Of a DNA stretch of 39,278 nt, positions 10,308-23,100 are shown piece by piece. The stretch spans positions 223,424 through 262,701 of the forward strand of contig MU006116.1 of assembly GCA_010093705.1 (NCBI GenBank), given 5' to 3'. Each line of letters starts with the position of its first letter. Position 1 is the stretch's first letter. Origin of the DNA: Patellaria atrata CBS 101060. Lineage: Eukaryota. The notes beneath the pieces are model-generated. The model had not been told where the DNA came from. It worked only from the letters and a program-made list of their open reading frames with translations, and did not search any database. The translations under genes and the position numbers were made by a program.

Positions 10308-11477
10308 ATGAAGTACCAAACTGCGTCCGCCATCCTTGCGCTCGTAGCTACGGCTACCGCACAGTCCTGCCCGGCGACCCCCTCGGGCATGGGAACGTCG
10401 ACAAGCGCCCTCCCTGACCCTTTTAAGTTTCACAGCGGCGCTGATGTGACCACAAAGGACGAATTCATATGCCGACAGGCCGAGATGTCTCAGCTCTTAC
10501 AGAAATACGAGCTCGGCACGATGCCACCAAAGCCCCAGACCGTTACCGGATCCATGTCCGGCAGCAACCTTCAAATTTCAGTCACCGACAACGGAAAATC
10601 CATCTCGTTCTCCGTTGGTATCAGGAAGCCATCCGGAAGTGGTCCATTCCCAGCTATCATCGCTTATGGTGCGGCCAGCATTCCCGTTCCTAACAACGTT
10701 GCCACAATCACCTTCAATAATGATGATATTGCTGCCCAGGCAAATACCGGCAGCCGAGGAAACGGCAAGTTCTATACCCTTTACGGAAGAGATCACTCCG
10801 CCGGCGCCACCACCGCATGGGCTTGGGGTGTTGCTCGTATCATTGACGCTCTTGAGTCGACTTCCGCAGCTGGTATCGACCCCAAGCGTGTCGGTGTTAC
10901 CGGGTGTTCCCGCAATGGCAAGGGAGCCTTCATCGCCGGTGCTCTCGAGCCCCGTGTGGCTCTCACCCTCCCTCAAGAATCTGGCTCCGGTGGGTCCGCA
11001 TGCTGGCGTATCTCGAACTGGCAAAAGTCCAACGGTCAGAATGTCCAGACCTCCACTCAAATCATTACCGAGAACGTATGGTTCTCTAAGAACTTCGACC
11101 CATATGTCAACAACGTCAACTCCCTCCCAGTGGACCACCATTTCTTGGCCGGTTTGGTCGCTCCCCGGGGTTTGTATGTCATTGAGAACACATCTATGGA
11201 ATGGCTCGGCGCTACGAGCACATATGGATGCATGCAAGCGGGCAAGAAGATCTACAAAGCTCTCGGTGTCCCGGAGAACATGGGTTACTCTCAAGTCGGT
11301 GGTCACAACCATTGCCAATTCCCATCTGCACAGAACTCTGAACTCACTGCTTTCATCAACAAGTTCTTGTTGAACCAATCTGCTTCGGGCACCGATCTCT
11401 TCAGGACCGATGGCAGCTTCAGCAACTACAAGGAGTCCCAATGGAGCGGTTCATGGGCCACCCCAAATCTGGCTTAG
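10308..11477 (+). CDS. 4-O-methyl-glucuronoyl methylesterase (CE15, Cip2-like), secreted, no CBM1
   Basis: Signal peptide, LPDPF, catalytic motif GVTGCSRNGKGA, PQESGSGG, LPVDHH and HNHCQFP. TATAAAA about 60 bp upstream. Confidence 0.95.
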   Translation: MKYQTASAILALVATATAQSCPATPSGMGTSTSALPDPFKFHSGADVTTKDEFICRQAEMSQLLQKYELGTMPPKPQTVTGSMSGSNLQISVTDNGKSISFSVGIRKPSGSGPFPAIIAYGAASIPVPNNVATITFNNDDIAAQANTGSRGNGKFYTLYGRDHSAGATTAWAWGVARIIDALESTSAAGIDPKRVGVTGCSRNGKGAFIAGALEPRVALTLPQESGSGGSACWRISNWQKSNGQNVQTSTQIITENVWFSKNFDPYVNNVNSLPVDHHFLAGLVAPRGLYVIENTSMEWLGATSTYGCMQAGKKIYKALGVPENMGYSQVGGHNHCQFPSAQNSELTAFINKFLLNQSASGTDLFRTDGSFSNYKESQWSGSWATPNLA

Positions 11478-12287
11478 AAAAGCCATGTCTTCGTGGAATT
11501 GTACGAGCTGGGATGCCGTATTGGGTGATAGGGGTTATAAGGACACTGGTAGTATGCGAGCATTTCTTGTCCTCCTGCTAAGTGTATCAGTATAGCCCTT
11601 ATTCTAGTAGCACATTCAAAATACCATTCACTGTTATTACTTGAAGAACATTGCCTTTGAAGTGTTTGACTTGTTCGATGATTCGTGACTCGTGATGTCT
11701 GTTTGATCTTCTTGCAACTGCATTTCTTCAAGAGTGGAAATCATAAAATTTCGACTAATGTCGGTAATCTAGTGAGTCCAAGACGCACAAGCGCCGGCAA
11801 GAGTAAAAAAACATCGTATCCTAGCCTCGTTCACCATAACCCGCAGTATGCTCACTGGCCTCTCGTTAAGGGTAGAGAATCAAGAGCACTTCAGACTATC
11901 TAAGGTCTGGTGTTAATGCAGCTCATATGCCTGAGTGGAGTTCGTGACTTGGGCATGGGTTAGGACCCTTTCTAAGAGTGGGCCTATGGCTAGCTAGGGA
12001 CAAGAGTTCAGCGGTTTCATGTAGCTTATAATCGCGTGTGGATTTTCGGTCGTGACAAGCTGGAGGGATTTCCTGAGAATTGTACAGTCATTCGGTCCTA
12101 CAACGACATAAAAACAGTTATAACATTAAGAGATGTAGTACGTCATATCGATGGTCAGTACTGAATTTGAATGATTGAGGATCTAGTATGAGGAGTTGAA
12201 TAACGGAAGGTTCTAATCTTACGGTGGCGCATGTATTTTCTTGATGGCTTAGTTGTCTTCTATAGACTCGAAGTTACCTACTTAATT

Positions 12288-13522
12288 CTAATCTGCTTTC
12301 GGACTAACGAGAATCTTGATATGCTCATCTTTATTTTCAATGAGTTCCTTGTATCCCTTTTCCAAAATGTCTTCCAATCGGATCCGACTAGTCACCATTT
12401 GCTCAAGCCCTTTGAATTTACCTGATTTATCTTAGTTAAGATCAATTTCCCGAGATCGGATAGACAATACCTTCATTAAATGCTTCCATAGTCTCGGAGA
12501 AATCTACATCATCATACGCAAATGACGGTTTGATAGTCACCTCTTTAAACATGAATAAGCCAAAAGGAACTGTGAACTAAATACACATTAGCGCATTTGT
12601 CTCTCTACTATGAAAATTCTTACTCACTGGACTCTCCCAGCCAGCGACGTTGATATAAGTTCCTTGATGTGCCAAAGAATCAAAACCATCGTAGCATCCC
12701 GCTGGGATTCCGGCGGCATCAAAGACGAATTCAACGCCCTTACCACCCGTCAAAGCTCTGCATCTGTCCCCGACTTTCTCTTGAATCGGATCGAAGACGG
12801 CATCTGCAAGCTCCTCGTTCTGTGCACGTCGTTTTGTCGTTGGCTCAGACACGTAAATTTGGTCTGCACTGCGAGCACGTAGAACGAGAATTAATGCTAT
12901 GCCAATAGGTCCACCACCTAGAATGAGGACTGCCCGACCGAGGAAGGAGTCTATGGCTGCGCTCTTCACTGCTCGCCAGGCCACTGCTAGTGGTTCTACC
13001 AATGCAGCAAACTCTAAGTCTTCGGGGTTTCTCAAGGCATAGCACATACTCTCTTTGACAGCGACGGTTTCAGAGAAACCGCCACCGCCTCCACCGGAGA
13101 AACCAAGGAATCCCCACTTCAAGCAGGTGTTGGTCTGTGACTTCATACATCGAGGGCAAGAAACACAGTAAAGTCTTGGATCAACCACCACGGATTGACC
13201 TACTTCTAGCTTGGAATTTGCAGGAGCTTGAAGGACGCGACCGCAGAATTCGTGTCCTAAGGTTACGGGTAGAGTATCGTTGGTGAGAGGATGAGGATGT
13301 CCTTCAATAGGAATATTCTGAGGGCCTGCATAGTAATTTCAGTCCCCTACGATACGGATGTAGTGTTGAAAAGGATAACATACCCACGAGATATTCATGT
13401 AGATCGGTTCCACAAATTCCACACCATTCTACAGCTATCAAAGCTTCGTCATCTTTCGCCTGGGGAACCTCGACATCTCTGATTCTAATATCCTTTTTTC
13501 CGTAAAACTGGGCAGCTTTCAT
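12288..13522 (-). CDS. Zinc-dependent medium-chain dehydrogenase (2,3-butanediol/threonine dehydrogenase-like)
   Basis: Exons 13522-13384, 13325-12628, 12576-12471 and 12421-12288. Motifs CGICGTDLHEY, LGHEFCG, structural-Zn CxxCxxC..C, EPLAVA and GGGPIG. Confidence 0.92.
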
Positions 13523-13900
13523 TTCTTCTTCACGATCCTCTCTACTTAGGGATCTTTAGACTGTAATCTGAAGACTATCGGTCATGTATCCAATGTATTA
13601 TACAACGAGCGGTTTTCCACTTGCTGAACCGATTGGCTAACATTTTCCGACGGGCTGGTCAATGGTGCGTTAATATCAGCTTCAAGTGAAGGTCGAGGTT
13701 CAAGGTCGGGTATTCTAAACGGGTATTCTGCTGCAGTTCTCCAAAGGTATTCTAAAAAGGGCATTGTAAAGAGGGGAGAACCTGCTGATTAATCGTGTCA
13801 TATTTTAACCTCAACCTAGTTCTACCGTAAGCAGTGACCGAAAAGAAGTGCATCATACAAAATACTGGACGCCGTACTTTGACTGACTGTTTTCATTTCA

Positions 13901-14629
13901 ATGTCACTGAAGCGCCCTCGGTCGTCTTCATCAGCTAGCAGTATCTATGTCTCATCTTCGATAGAGGACCGAAAGTCAACGTTCCTGGCCCACTATTCGC
14001 CTTCTCCAACGGCTGACGTTCGTGCAATACAAAATCAAACCGTCCTGAAGACTGCGTCGCATCGTGTCGCAGCTTGGAGAATACCTTCCACCCAGCAAAC
14101 ACTTGATTCTAGAAATCGCATCTATAAAACTGGGTACGATGATGATGGTGAGAATAATGCGGGAAGGAAACTACTCAGAGTACTTGAAGAGACGGATGTT
14201 GTTGGCGCAGTCGTTGTTGCGCGATGGTATGGGGGGATATTATTGGGCCCGGTAAGATTCACTCATATCGAGCGCTGTGCACAAGACGTAATATCGACAT
14301 GGAAACATAAGCAGAGGTGTGCTGAATCGGAAAATCCTAAACAAAAAGCGCAGAAAATTGTGGATGATAAGAAAGAAAAAAACCGCTTGACTCATGAATT
14401 AATCGAACGTGATGGGAATATTGTAGTCTTGAGAGAGCTTTTGAGAGACACATTGGCAAAAAAATTGAACAGTCCAGGATCACGCAAAACACAGACACCT
14501 ACGAAGATACCGGACTATAATAAGCTGGGACTTGAAGCTCTGATACGGTTGAATAAGGCCAAAGACGCTACAATCACTTGGCTGTTGAAAGAGATTGAGG
14601 AAGCAGAATCTTCCCTTCAGATAGGTTGA
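13901..14629 (+). CDS. IMPACT/UPF0029-domain protein lacking an RWD domain
   Basis: DRKSTFLAH, ASHRVAAWR, DDDGENNAGRKLL and VARWYGGILLGPVRFTHI, followed by a helical C-terminal extension. Confidence 0.88.
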   Translation: MSLKRPRSSSSASSIYVSSSIEDRKSTFLAHYSPSPTADVRAIQNQTVLKTASHRVAAWRIPSTQQTLDSRNRIYKTGYDDDGENNAGRKLLRVLEETDVVGAVVVARWYGGILLGPVRFTHIERCAQDVISTWKHKQRCAESENPKQKAQKIVDDKKEKNRLTHELIERDGNIVVLRELLRDTLAKKLNSPGSRKTQTPTKIPDYNKLGLEALIRLNKAKDATITWLLKEIEEAESSLQIG

Positions 14630-16018
14630 CGACATAGTGTCTTCTGTTGGGATACCTGATGGTGCATTCTTTCTCCTTACTGGATAGCCCTTGGTTAAGA
14701 CTTTCCTTTGAGACTATCAACGGCCCGTCGTATCTCCTTAGTCAACCTTATTATTCTTTCTCCAATCTGTCGTCGCTTCCGCCGTTGTGTTGTTCCTCGT
14801 CTGCTATAGCTCGCTCTCAACGTAGTTTTCTGCTCTCAATATCGGAAAGTCGAGACATACCAAAGATGACCGTCTATGTGTAGGATTTTACCGTACGAGG
14901 ACGAGCAGCGGAGGCGGTTGTGTTATAAGATCCACGTCCCCATCCGTCAGGAGTTGTTTTGAAAGCGTACGGAGGGCCATGAAACAACAAACCCGACCTC
15001 GAGGTTGTATACATAGCCGCACTCTCTTAGATACGACAAGTGGCAAATTTCACTGGTTCGCTGTACATAATGGACCACAGATATTCTGACCTAGTGAAGG
15101 TAAGATAAGCTACGAAATGCGCTATAAAGGCAACGGCTAATGCTGTTTAGTTCAGATATGAAATGCTTGTAGGACATATTATTGTGGACGGAGCCTCTGG
15201 GATAATCTTTATCTAGAATTGGAGTAATTTCATGAGAAAGCCTTAATGGGCCCCTCATCTGCCTCAATCATTTGGTGGTGTGTTGCAGAATATTCTCCCT
15301 CTTCAAACAAGAGCTCCCGATAGTTCAACTCAAGGTCATCACACCCTTATACTGTTCCTAGGGAACATGTATATCATTTGAATACAACACGATTTTTCAA
15401 CCAACAGTACCTGGAGAGACTCTTTGATTCAGTGCAGATGTCTATAAAGTCTATGGAAATATAACATATGTTCAATAATGTTACCAAACAATATGAAGAA
15501 TTTTCGAACGAATGATGGGTACGTTGTACAGTATCTAACGGAATAAATCCGTACGGTTTAATATAGATTCCGGTTAAAGTTAGCGCAGTCTATTTGTAAG
15601 TTTCAGTGTTAACTATGTATCCCACATAGTATAAGTACGGTACCTTAAGTAGGTACCTTAGCGAGCGTAAAGTAAGGTACTGAACGGTACTGGTGATGGA
15701 TGTCGGGTTGCCTCATTCCTCCAAGGGCTCTCCTTTTAGATAACTGGTACTAGAGCTGTTCAAGTAACGTTCAAGGTCTCATGCTCTTTGGTAAGGTACC
15801 TCAAGCCGCTGCCTTACTATTATCACCTATTAGTCAGGCAGTAGTGATTGAGGTGATCTGCAACTTCTCCATGAACCACTGAAACTACTCCATGACGTTA
15901 TTCAGTTATATTTCATTATGTTTATATATTTCTACCTTGTGTGCAATATACATGACCTGCAGAAGGGGCTAGCCCTGACGGGCGCCTCTACCTTCTATCA
16001 AAGCGGTAATCTACGTCG

Positions 16019-18121
16019 TCACGGCCATAACCCCCCTTGACCGAAACCCTCCGTCTTGACAATCCATTCTGAAGGCCAGGATGTTCTATCAGCTGCCATC
16101 ATAGCAACAGCAAGTAGTAAACCTCCGCTCGCTGGAAAATATGGCGTTGGAACTCTCGTTCCGCCAACCGGCATCCCTACATCATCAAATTTGTATTCAT
16201 CGTGCAACAAGAACCCTACAGCGCGTTCCGCGTCTCCAAACTTAGCGGCAGCCATGGAAAACAGTGGAAAATCCCAACCGTATGAAAAGGTGAAGTTCCA
16301 TGTTTCGAAGATCTTATCAAGTGTAGCTCGCATGATCGTATTGTTAATATTCAAACCTGACGGCAGTAGGGCAATGGGCATTAACATGGTAGGATGGTCT
16401 TCTGTGTATGCTGACGTATTCCACATGTCCCCGATGCCTTCGTAAGTCACATACATCCCGTCCTGTATGGGTAAAGGAGCTAGGTTGCTTGCCACTTCTG
16501 TCCACGTTGCCGGTACCGGTTTGCCTTGACGTCGTTGCCATTTCGACGCAACGTCCAGACCAAATCGCCAGTACGCTAATTCATACATTGGGTTTCGAGT
16601 GGCGTTTGGGGGTGTATTTTCCGAAGCCGGATACATGGGGGGGCCAAGGTCATAGAAACTGGTCGTCTGATTGAAGAAGGCGTAACTAGTCATAAAGTCG
16701 GCAGTCCCTTTGATAATCGCATCCCATTTTTTCAGCGTACGATGCTTGTTCTGTGACCTAGAGTACTCTAGCTCTGCAAAGAAGATTGGATGTGGTTGCT
16801 GCCAGATGAGGAGACTGTTAATTTCTCCTGGGGCCGATCGACCCGTTGGATCGCTCATTTTCCCCCATCTAGCTCCGGTGTAGCCTTGATTACGAGCTCT
16901 AGGGAAGCTAGCAGCAAGGAATCGCTCGTAGACCCCTGGTACATGAAGGTTTAGTATCTGTCTTTTACCCCAAAGGATCCAGTGGGTGGAATGCCAGATA
17001 ACCATCTCAAGGTGAAACTTCCCGTACCAGCCGTTGTTGACCAGACCTGATTCTTGCGGGGGGTCTCGGGAGGCTCCATTCACGGCTAGAAGGTATTGAG
17101 AGAGTATGATGCGGCGTTGTAGCTCTGTAGCAGACTGATTAGCGCTGGAGGTGAGATCAACGAACGCGCCCGTTGACCAATACTCTTCCCAATGGTCAGA
17201 TGAAGCAGATTTGACGTTTCGAAAGTCTGGTAAATGAGCAGGCTCGGAGGGCGAGAAGTTGACGGTAAAGGTTAGAGTATCACTAAACGGCGACCTTAAC
17301 ATAAATCTGTGTCTAGAGGATCCAAGGCGGTCTAGTTTCGCTTGTCCTTGCCATCTAATGCTGGTGAAATACGTTGTTGTGTCGAGATTATGCCTGATAT
17401 GAGCCTCCTGATAGGTCTTTTTGAGGGTGGTTGTGTGCTTCTCGGTCGCATTCCATACGCCAACAAAGGGGGCCTCGAACTTTGTTTTACCATCTTGACC
17501 ATAAGGGAAATCGATAAATATTGACAACTGACCCAAGGACAGAAGTGATGTCTTCACCTGAACGGCTATGGCATCTCGATTCGGATCTGCAATGGTTTGC
17601 ACAGTAACTTCATGCGCGCCTAATTTGAAAGACGAATGAATCACTCCAGAGTAAAGATCTAAATACTGTTTTGTCTTAGTCAAATCCTTCTCTGTTACGT
17701 TACTCGAGAAATCAAAGCCGACCCTGGCGAGGTTGATTCTATGTGGATTTCCTATCAACCATTGGGATATATCTCGCTGCGCGGGATTGGGCTGATTGTA
17801 GGTAACAAGTCTCCCATGGGTCCACCATTGTAGTCCAGTAAAATCATCTATCGATGTCTGACCCGGAGTTGTTGGTAAGGAGACATTGTGCCAACCCCAC
17901 GAGGATAACGTGTTGAAGGGACGGAAGGTTTGGAGCCCAGTTATATCTGCGCCGAAACCCAAATTTCCATTCCCAACCTGCATAGGTGTATCATCGGAAG
18001 ATGCATTGCGGTAGGGGTTGAAACGAGTAACAACTCTACGTCGGTCGATGGTAGTACTCGTACATATTGTAGGAAGAATGGCGTGCCATAAAAGCAGCAA
18101 GCTAGTCAGGGAAATCAGCAT
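16019..18121 (-). CDS. Secreted six-hairpin glycosidase-like protein of unknown substrate (700 aa, intronless)
   Basis: Signal peptide. IDR..VV.RFNP and VGNGNLGFGADITGLQT at the N-terminus; ELQRRIILSQYL, PPQESGL..N.WYGKFHLEM, LIWQQPHPI, GWDFP and YFPASGGLL resemble (alpha/alpha)6 glycosidases. Confidence 0.75.
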   Translation of the reverse strand: MLISLTSLLLLWHAILPTICTSTTIDRRRVVTRFNPYRNASSDDTPMQVGNGNLGFGADITGLQTFRPFNTLSSWGWHNVSLPTTPGQTSIDDFTGLQWWTHGRLVTYNQPNPAQRDISQWLIGNPHRINLARVGFDFSSNVTEKDLTKTKQYLDLYSGVIHSSFKLGAHEVTVQTIADPNRDAIAVQVKTSLLSLGQLSIFIDFPYGQDGKTKFEAPFVGVWNATEKHTTTLKKTYQEAHIRHNLDTTTYFTSIRWQGQAKLDRLGSSRHRFMLRSPFSDTLTFTVNFSPSEPAHLPDFRNVKSASSDHWEEYWSTGAFVDLTSSANQSATELQRRIILSQYLLAVNGASRDPPQESGLVNNGWYGKFHLEMVIWHSTHWILWGKRQILNLHVPGVYERFLAASFPRARNQGYTGARWGKMSDPTGRSAPGEINSLLIWQQPHPIFFAELEYSRSQNKHRTLKKWDAIIKGTADFMTSYAFFNQTTSFYDLGPPMYPASENTPPNATRNPMYELAYWRFGLDVASKWQRRQGKPVPATWTEVASNLAPLPIQDGMYVTYEGIGDMWNTSAYTEDHPTMLMPIALLPSGLNINNTIMRATLDKIFETWNFTFSYGWDFPLFSMAAAKFGDAERAVGFLLHDEYKFDDVGMPVGGTRVPTPYFPASGGLLLAVAMMAADRTSWPSEWIVKTEGFGQGGLWP

Positions 18122-20174
18122 GGTGTAATTTCTTCAGGAGAGAAAACATACCGTGAAGTCACAGGCCATGGCTATGGGCTTTAAGTCGTTGTCGATATGA
18201 CGATATTAAGGTGATACCAGGTTTAGAGGAGTGATTTCAGCCGCGATAGGTTTTACTGTAGTTCTACTGTATGAAGCCCCGCAGCTACCTTCTTATATTA
18301 CTGCCACCTCACTACCTTACCTCCCCGCGGTCATACATCAGTCTTATATTTTCTGTATCTGGAGTAATTCATGTCAATCGAGTGCATGGAGAAGACTGAG
18401 GCCATCGAAATGTTGGAGAGTCGTTTATCCAGTAGTTCTACAGTATCTATTAGTGCACAGTTTCGCACCAATTGCTGTAGTACTGTAAAAGTCAAAGAGA
18501 AAATACAAGTCTTTCCAATTTTCGTTTCCAACCAGCAGATTAAATATCAATGCTAACGGAGTAGAACTACAGTACAATATGAAGCGTCTCAATTTCCCCC
18601 CCAAAAAAGGCAGGTTCAGCGTCAACTCCCTGAACCTATTTCCGCATGTCTGTATCCTCTCTCTCCACTTCTTTAGAGTGCTGTGAGCAGAGTTTAAAGG
18701 TATTGTTTATTTTTGTTCGCTCATAGCAAAATTCGTGAAAGGTCAATTTCGATGTGTCCTCCTTTTAACGTATTTCCTTATGGATTACAGCACTACGCCC
18801 GATTTTGGGCTTCATGCCAGTCGGACAATGGAGGCCTGACTTTCTAGAACTAGAAATGATCCCTCTAGTTTCCTCGTTCACACACCTGGAGATTTCCCCA
18901 TCCCAAATTCCAGTCATAATGGGTTGCTGTCGAGGTATTTGGACATATAGAGAAGATTGCAGTTGTTGTAAAGAGTCTCGTCGAGAACGGGCATCCAGTC
19001 CAAGTTATACGTGGAAGACAGTTCGAAGAAATGGATGAGAAAACAGGGGCTACGTTCGTTCGAGTATACACAGTATGGTCCCTACGGTTTGTTCGAGGTG
19101 AAACAACTAGAGCATCTGCAAACACTCAACGGGGAGGAGAAGCACCTTTCGGCAATCATGCTTGATCAGATGAAGAGCAAATATAACACAGTGCAGTGAG
19201 TACTTCGGGATTCCCGTCGCGATGATCGACGGGGAGCATTCAAAATTATTCCTCGACTTCTAAGTTCCGTTTCTATGGTAGGTCGGCGAGTTTTGGGACC
19301 TCTACTTGTAGTTCTACTGTACTGGACTGTACGTACATAAGAAATCAAGCAACATGACTCCCTCCTATTAGCTCTACTCCTACTCCTACCAGGCGAATCA
19401 ATATGCATTGCACCGCAGTTTTCGGTGTTGGATTTGGGGTTTTGCGATGCTAGTTCTCTATCTGACTGGCTGCGAGACAATGCTTCTCGCTCCTTCGTGC
19501 TGGGTGCAAGGGGCGGGACTTTTGGGGGCCGCAGTGATCTCCATCTCCCGGTTTTCCAGAAATTGTTCCCTGGAATCTTTTTCTTCCACCTCATAGTCTT
19601 TCCAGAACGATGACAATAGTTTCTTCGTAAAAGGGAGCTCGTCCTATACTTCCTCGCATGAATCTATGACCCGATCCAATGATCAAGCAGTTGCAAAGAA
19701 GCAACTTGTAACGCGAAGAGACTAGATACTAGACGATGTACCAAATCTGATTCAATGACAGAAGGCCCAAAAAAACACCAATGTAGGACGGGGGCGGAGC
19801 CATCCATCGCACAGATCCTATCCTGTCCAGATACACCTGCAGCTATTATCACGTACCTACCTTAGTCCTAGGACTGCACTATACTCGGCAAACTTCGAAC
19901 GTTGGTGGCTACCTCCAATGGAACCTCCATCAAGTCCCCGATGGACGTTACCACGTTTTCTAGTGTCTGTCCACACTTAATGCCTGCTTCTCTCCTGCTT
20001 TTCATTTCTATCATAATACGGTAGTCATTCTGATACTATACTACTAAGCACTGTCATTACTTGGTTAACCCCCTTCCACTACCTAGATTCTGAGGTATCA
20101 ACAAACACTACTACTTCCACTTATCTCTCGCCTACTATAATAGGACCCCCTTTTCTACAAAGAGCTTAGGATTT

Positions 20175-23100
20175 ATGGCTGGATGGTTGAGGGAAAATGG
20201 ACCGTCTCCAACCTTCTTGCACAGTCCCTCGGAAATCTCGGAGGTTTCTCTACCTGAGTCTGAACGATGGCCACAACCTCTTAGCAAGGCTCACCTCTCC
20301 ACATTCTCTACTCCCATAGAGGGAAAGGACCTTGCCACTCCCGATCTATGGCAACCAGACCAAACTCTCTCAGATGGAATAGGGGTTGCATTTCGTAACC
20401 TTACCGTCCAACGGTCTCACTGTTCAGGATACCTGCCCACGTTTGGGAACCTGCCGCTACGCGCGGCTAGGTATTTGGCTAAAAGTTTAGGTGGAGAAAG
20501 ATCAAAAGTGACTATTTTGAGACGTTTGGATGGATTGGTCAATAAAGGAGAGCTGCTTTTAGTCCTTGGTAGGCCTGGTAGCGGGTCCTCGACCCTTTTG
20601 AAGGTCCTGGCGGGATATACTCATGGCACGCATCTAGATTCAGACTCAAAAATGAATTACAAAGGTACATAGTCTCTTTACTAGACCCCAAACCGTCTCT
20701 TCCCCCGTCGTGGTATTTCTCACCTACTATACTATACACCACTTGCTTGACTCCCTATACAGGGAAGTTGGCACTGTACGAATAATCGCCCGACCGTACT
20801 GAGAACTTTAACATATCGATAATGGAGACTGGTTGATACCGCAAAATAGCGGTACCATAGACGTTATGTGCTAAGTGTACACGAACTCTCCTCAGTCTAG
20901 GAATGTCAACAGTGAGGGGGGATGTGATGTGGTTGATGCTTTGTTGGGTTCGAATTGCTTAGTTTCTCACTGACAATCTTTCAAGGTATTGACGCAAAGA
21001 CTATGCACTCCGAGTTCAAGGGTGAGTGCATCTATATAGGAGAGGAAGATTCCCATTTCCCCGAACTTTCCGTCTCGGAGACCTTGAGTATTGCTGCGAG
21101 ATTCAAATTCCCAAAATTCAAACCGGAGGCGACACTGGAAACTCAAGAAGCACATTGTCAATATGTTCGCGACCTAGTGCTTGAAGAATTCCGCCTTTCA
21201 AGCTGCAAAAGTTCTCTCTTAGGAAGGCTTACTGATGAGGAAAGAAGAAGACTTACCATCGCGGAGGCCTATATGGGGTACAGCGCCTTCCAGTGCTGGG
21301 ATAACGTATCGAGGGAGATGGATACCAGCACGTCTTTTCGATTTGTCAAAAGTCTGAGATCATCGGCGGAATCACATGGTACTACTAGCATAATTACGCT
21401 CTATCAGATGTCACAAAATATGTACCAATTATTCGATAAGGTTACCCTACTCTACGAAGGCCGACAAATATTCTTTGGGGGAATACATAATGCGAAAGAA
21501 TTCTTCGAACGTCTGGGCTTTCGATGTCCGGACCGTATGTCAACCCCAGAGTTTTTAACGGCCCTGACCCACCCCGAGGAAGCGCGATACCTTATCAGTC
21601 CAGGACAAGATAATATCGTTCCTCGTACCGCCGAAGACTTTGAGCACGTGTGGCTGGTAAGTCAGGAACGAAGCGCATTGCTAAATGACATAGTTCGCTT
21701 TGAACGGGCCTTTCCGCTAGGAGGGTTAGCGTTATCGAGATTTCGTGATCTCGTGCATGTCAAAACTGGTGATAGGAGGCGCTCGACTAATCGGTATGCT
21801 AGACCATTTATCTTCTCCTTGCCACGGTACTTCTAGGTCAACGTACGCTTGCTTCAAATTCACCTCTGACTACGTTATACGGACTAGATCAGAGTATGCA
21901 GGTAAACTATGAACGTGTACCATGTATACATCGCACAGTACATTTATGTTCGAGTATCAACTAAGAATCATATAGCAAGCGTACGACAACTGAGTGTTGC
22001 TAACCAAATGGACCGAAGGGCACAGATACTTCATGAATACTGCTAATTTGGATCTTAGACTTGATGAATCTCCTTATGCGAGTTCTTTCTCGCGACAACT
22101 ACGACTTTGTATTGTTCGATCGTTCCATCGTTTCGAGAGTGATATCATACGCCAGTTACTATCAGTAGCCATATACGTACTATTATCTCTACTTATGGGA
22201 TCACTGTTCTATGATCTTTCTGGTGATACGAGCAGTCTCTACACGAGAAACAATCTTTTATACCTGTGTACAGTATTCTGCTCTTGCGTTTGCTTCACTG
22301 ACGTCCGTCCCCCTTATTCCCACCCCAAACCTTTAATATATGCGCATTTTTTGTTTTACCTGACAATAAACATAGATCAATATGCTATTACTAAGGCGAC
22401 GTATCGTCACCAAACATTCAAGCCTTGGATTCTACCATCCGGCTGCGGAATCAGCCGCATGTATGATATCGGATCTTCCTCTCAAACTTTTGCAGTCTGG
22501 TATCTTTAGCACCATCATATACCATTTAACACACCTTAGGAGGACCTTTTCAGCTTTCTTAACATTTTGGCTATTTATCTTTATGGGAGCAATCACTATG
22601 TCATCGTTGACTAGTCTGCTTTTCTCCATCTCGAAGACCGACACACAAGCTACATTTTCCATTAGTATTATAATGCTTGTATCAATGATGTGGATAGGAT
22701 TTCCAATCCCGAAAAACGACATGCCACAATGGTTAGAATGGGTCATAACAATAAATCCTTCTGCGTACGTTTACCGAAGCTTGATTCTGAACGAGGTATG
22801 TTTTTCAAAGGTCATCCGAGGGTCCAGATATTGATATCTCAATTAGTATCAAGATCGTCAGTTTCCTTGCAGTTCATTCGTACCTAGAGGGCCTGAGTAC
22901 TCTTTTGTTCGCTCGAGCGAACAGACTTGTTCCGTGTTCGGCTCACAAACTAATAGTTCCGAGATTGATGCAAACATCTATATTGCAGACATGTTCGGTT
23001 TCGAGACCTCACAGTTATGGATGTAAGCTAAACATCTCTCTCTTTCGTCATAGTTGACATTTCTAATCCCCTTGTTCACTTGCGGGTCAACTCACACAGA

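Noticed and set aside
10578..11441. 287-aa antisense ORF and 252-aa alternate-frame ORF over the CE15 gene
   Set aside because: Shadow ORFs expected from the strong C-ending codon bias of the CE15 gene; no recognisable motifs.
12288..13522. Xylitol dehydrogenase of a xylan cluster
   Set aside because: The GTDLHEY..GP..IP...HPLT...PVTLGHE pattern is butanediol-dehydrogenase-like; the substrate cannot be assigned.
15630..15805. Cluster of GGTAC/GGTACC words
   Set aside because: No regular period, termini or TSD; it cannot be tied to a feature.
18780..19600. Possible pseudogene (ATG 18780, three in-frame stops, donor GTGAGT at 19196)
   Set aside because: No recognisable family, and the stop density is not clearly below chance.
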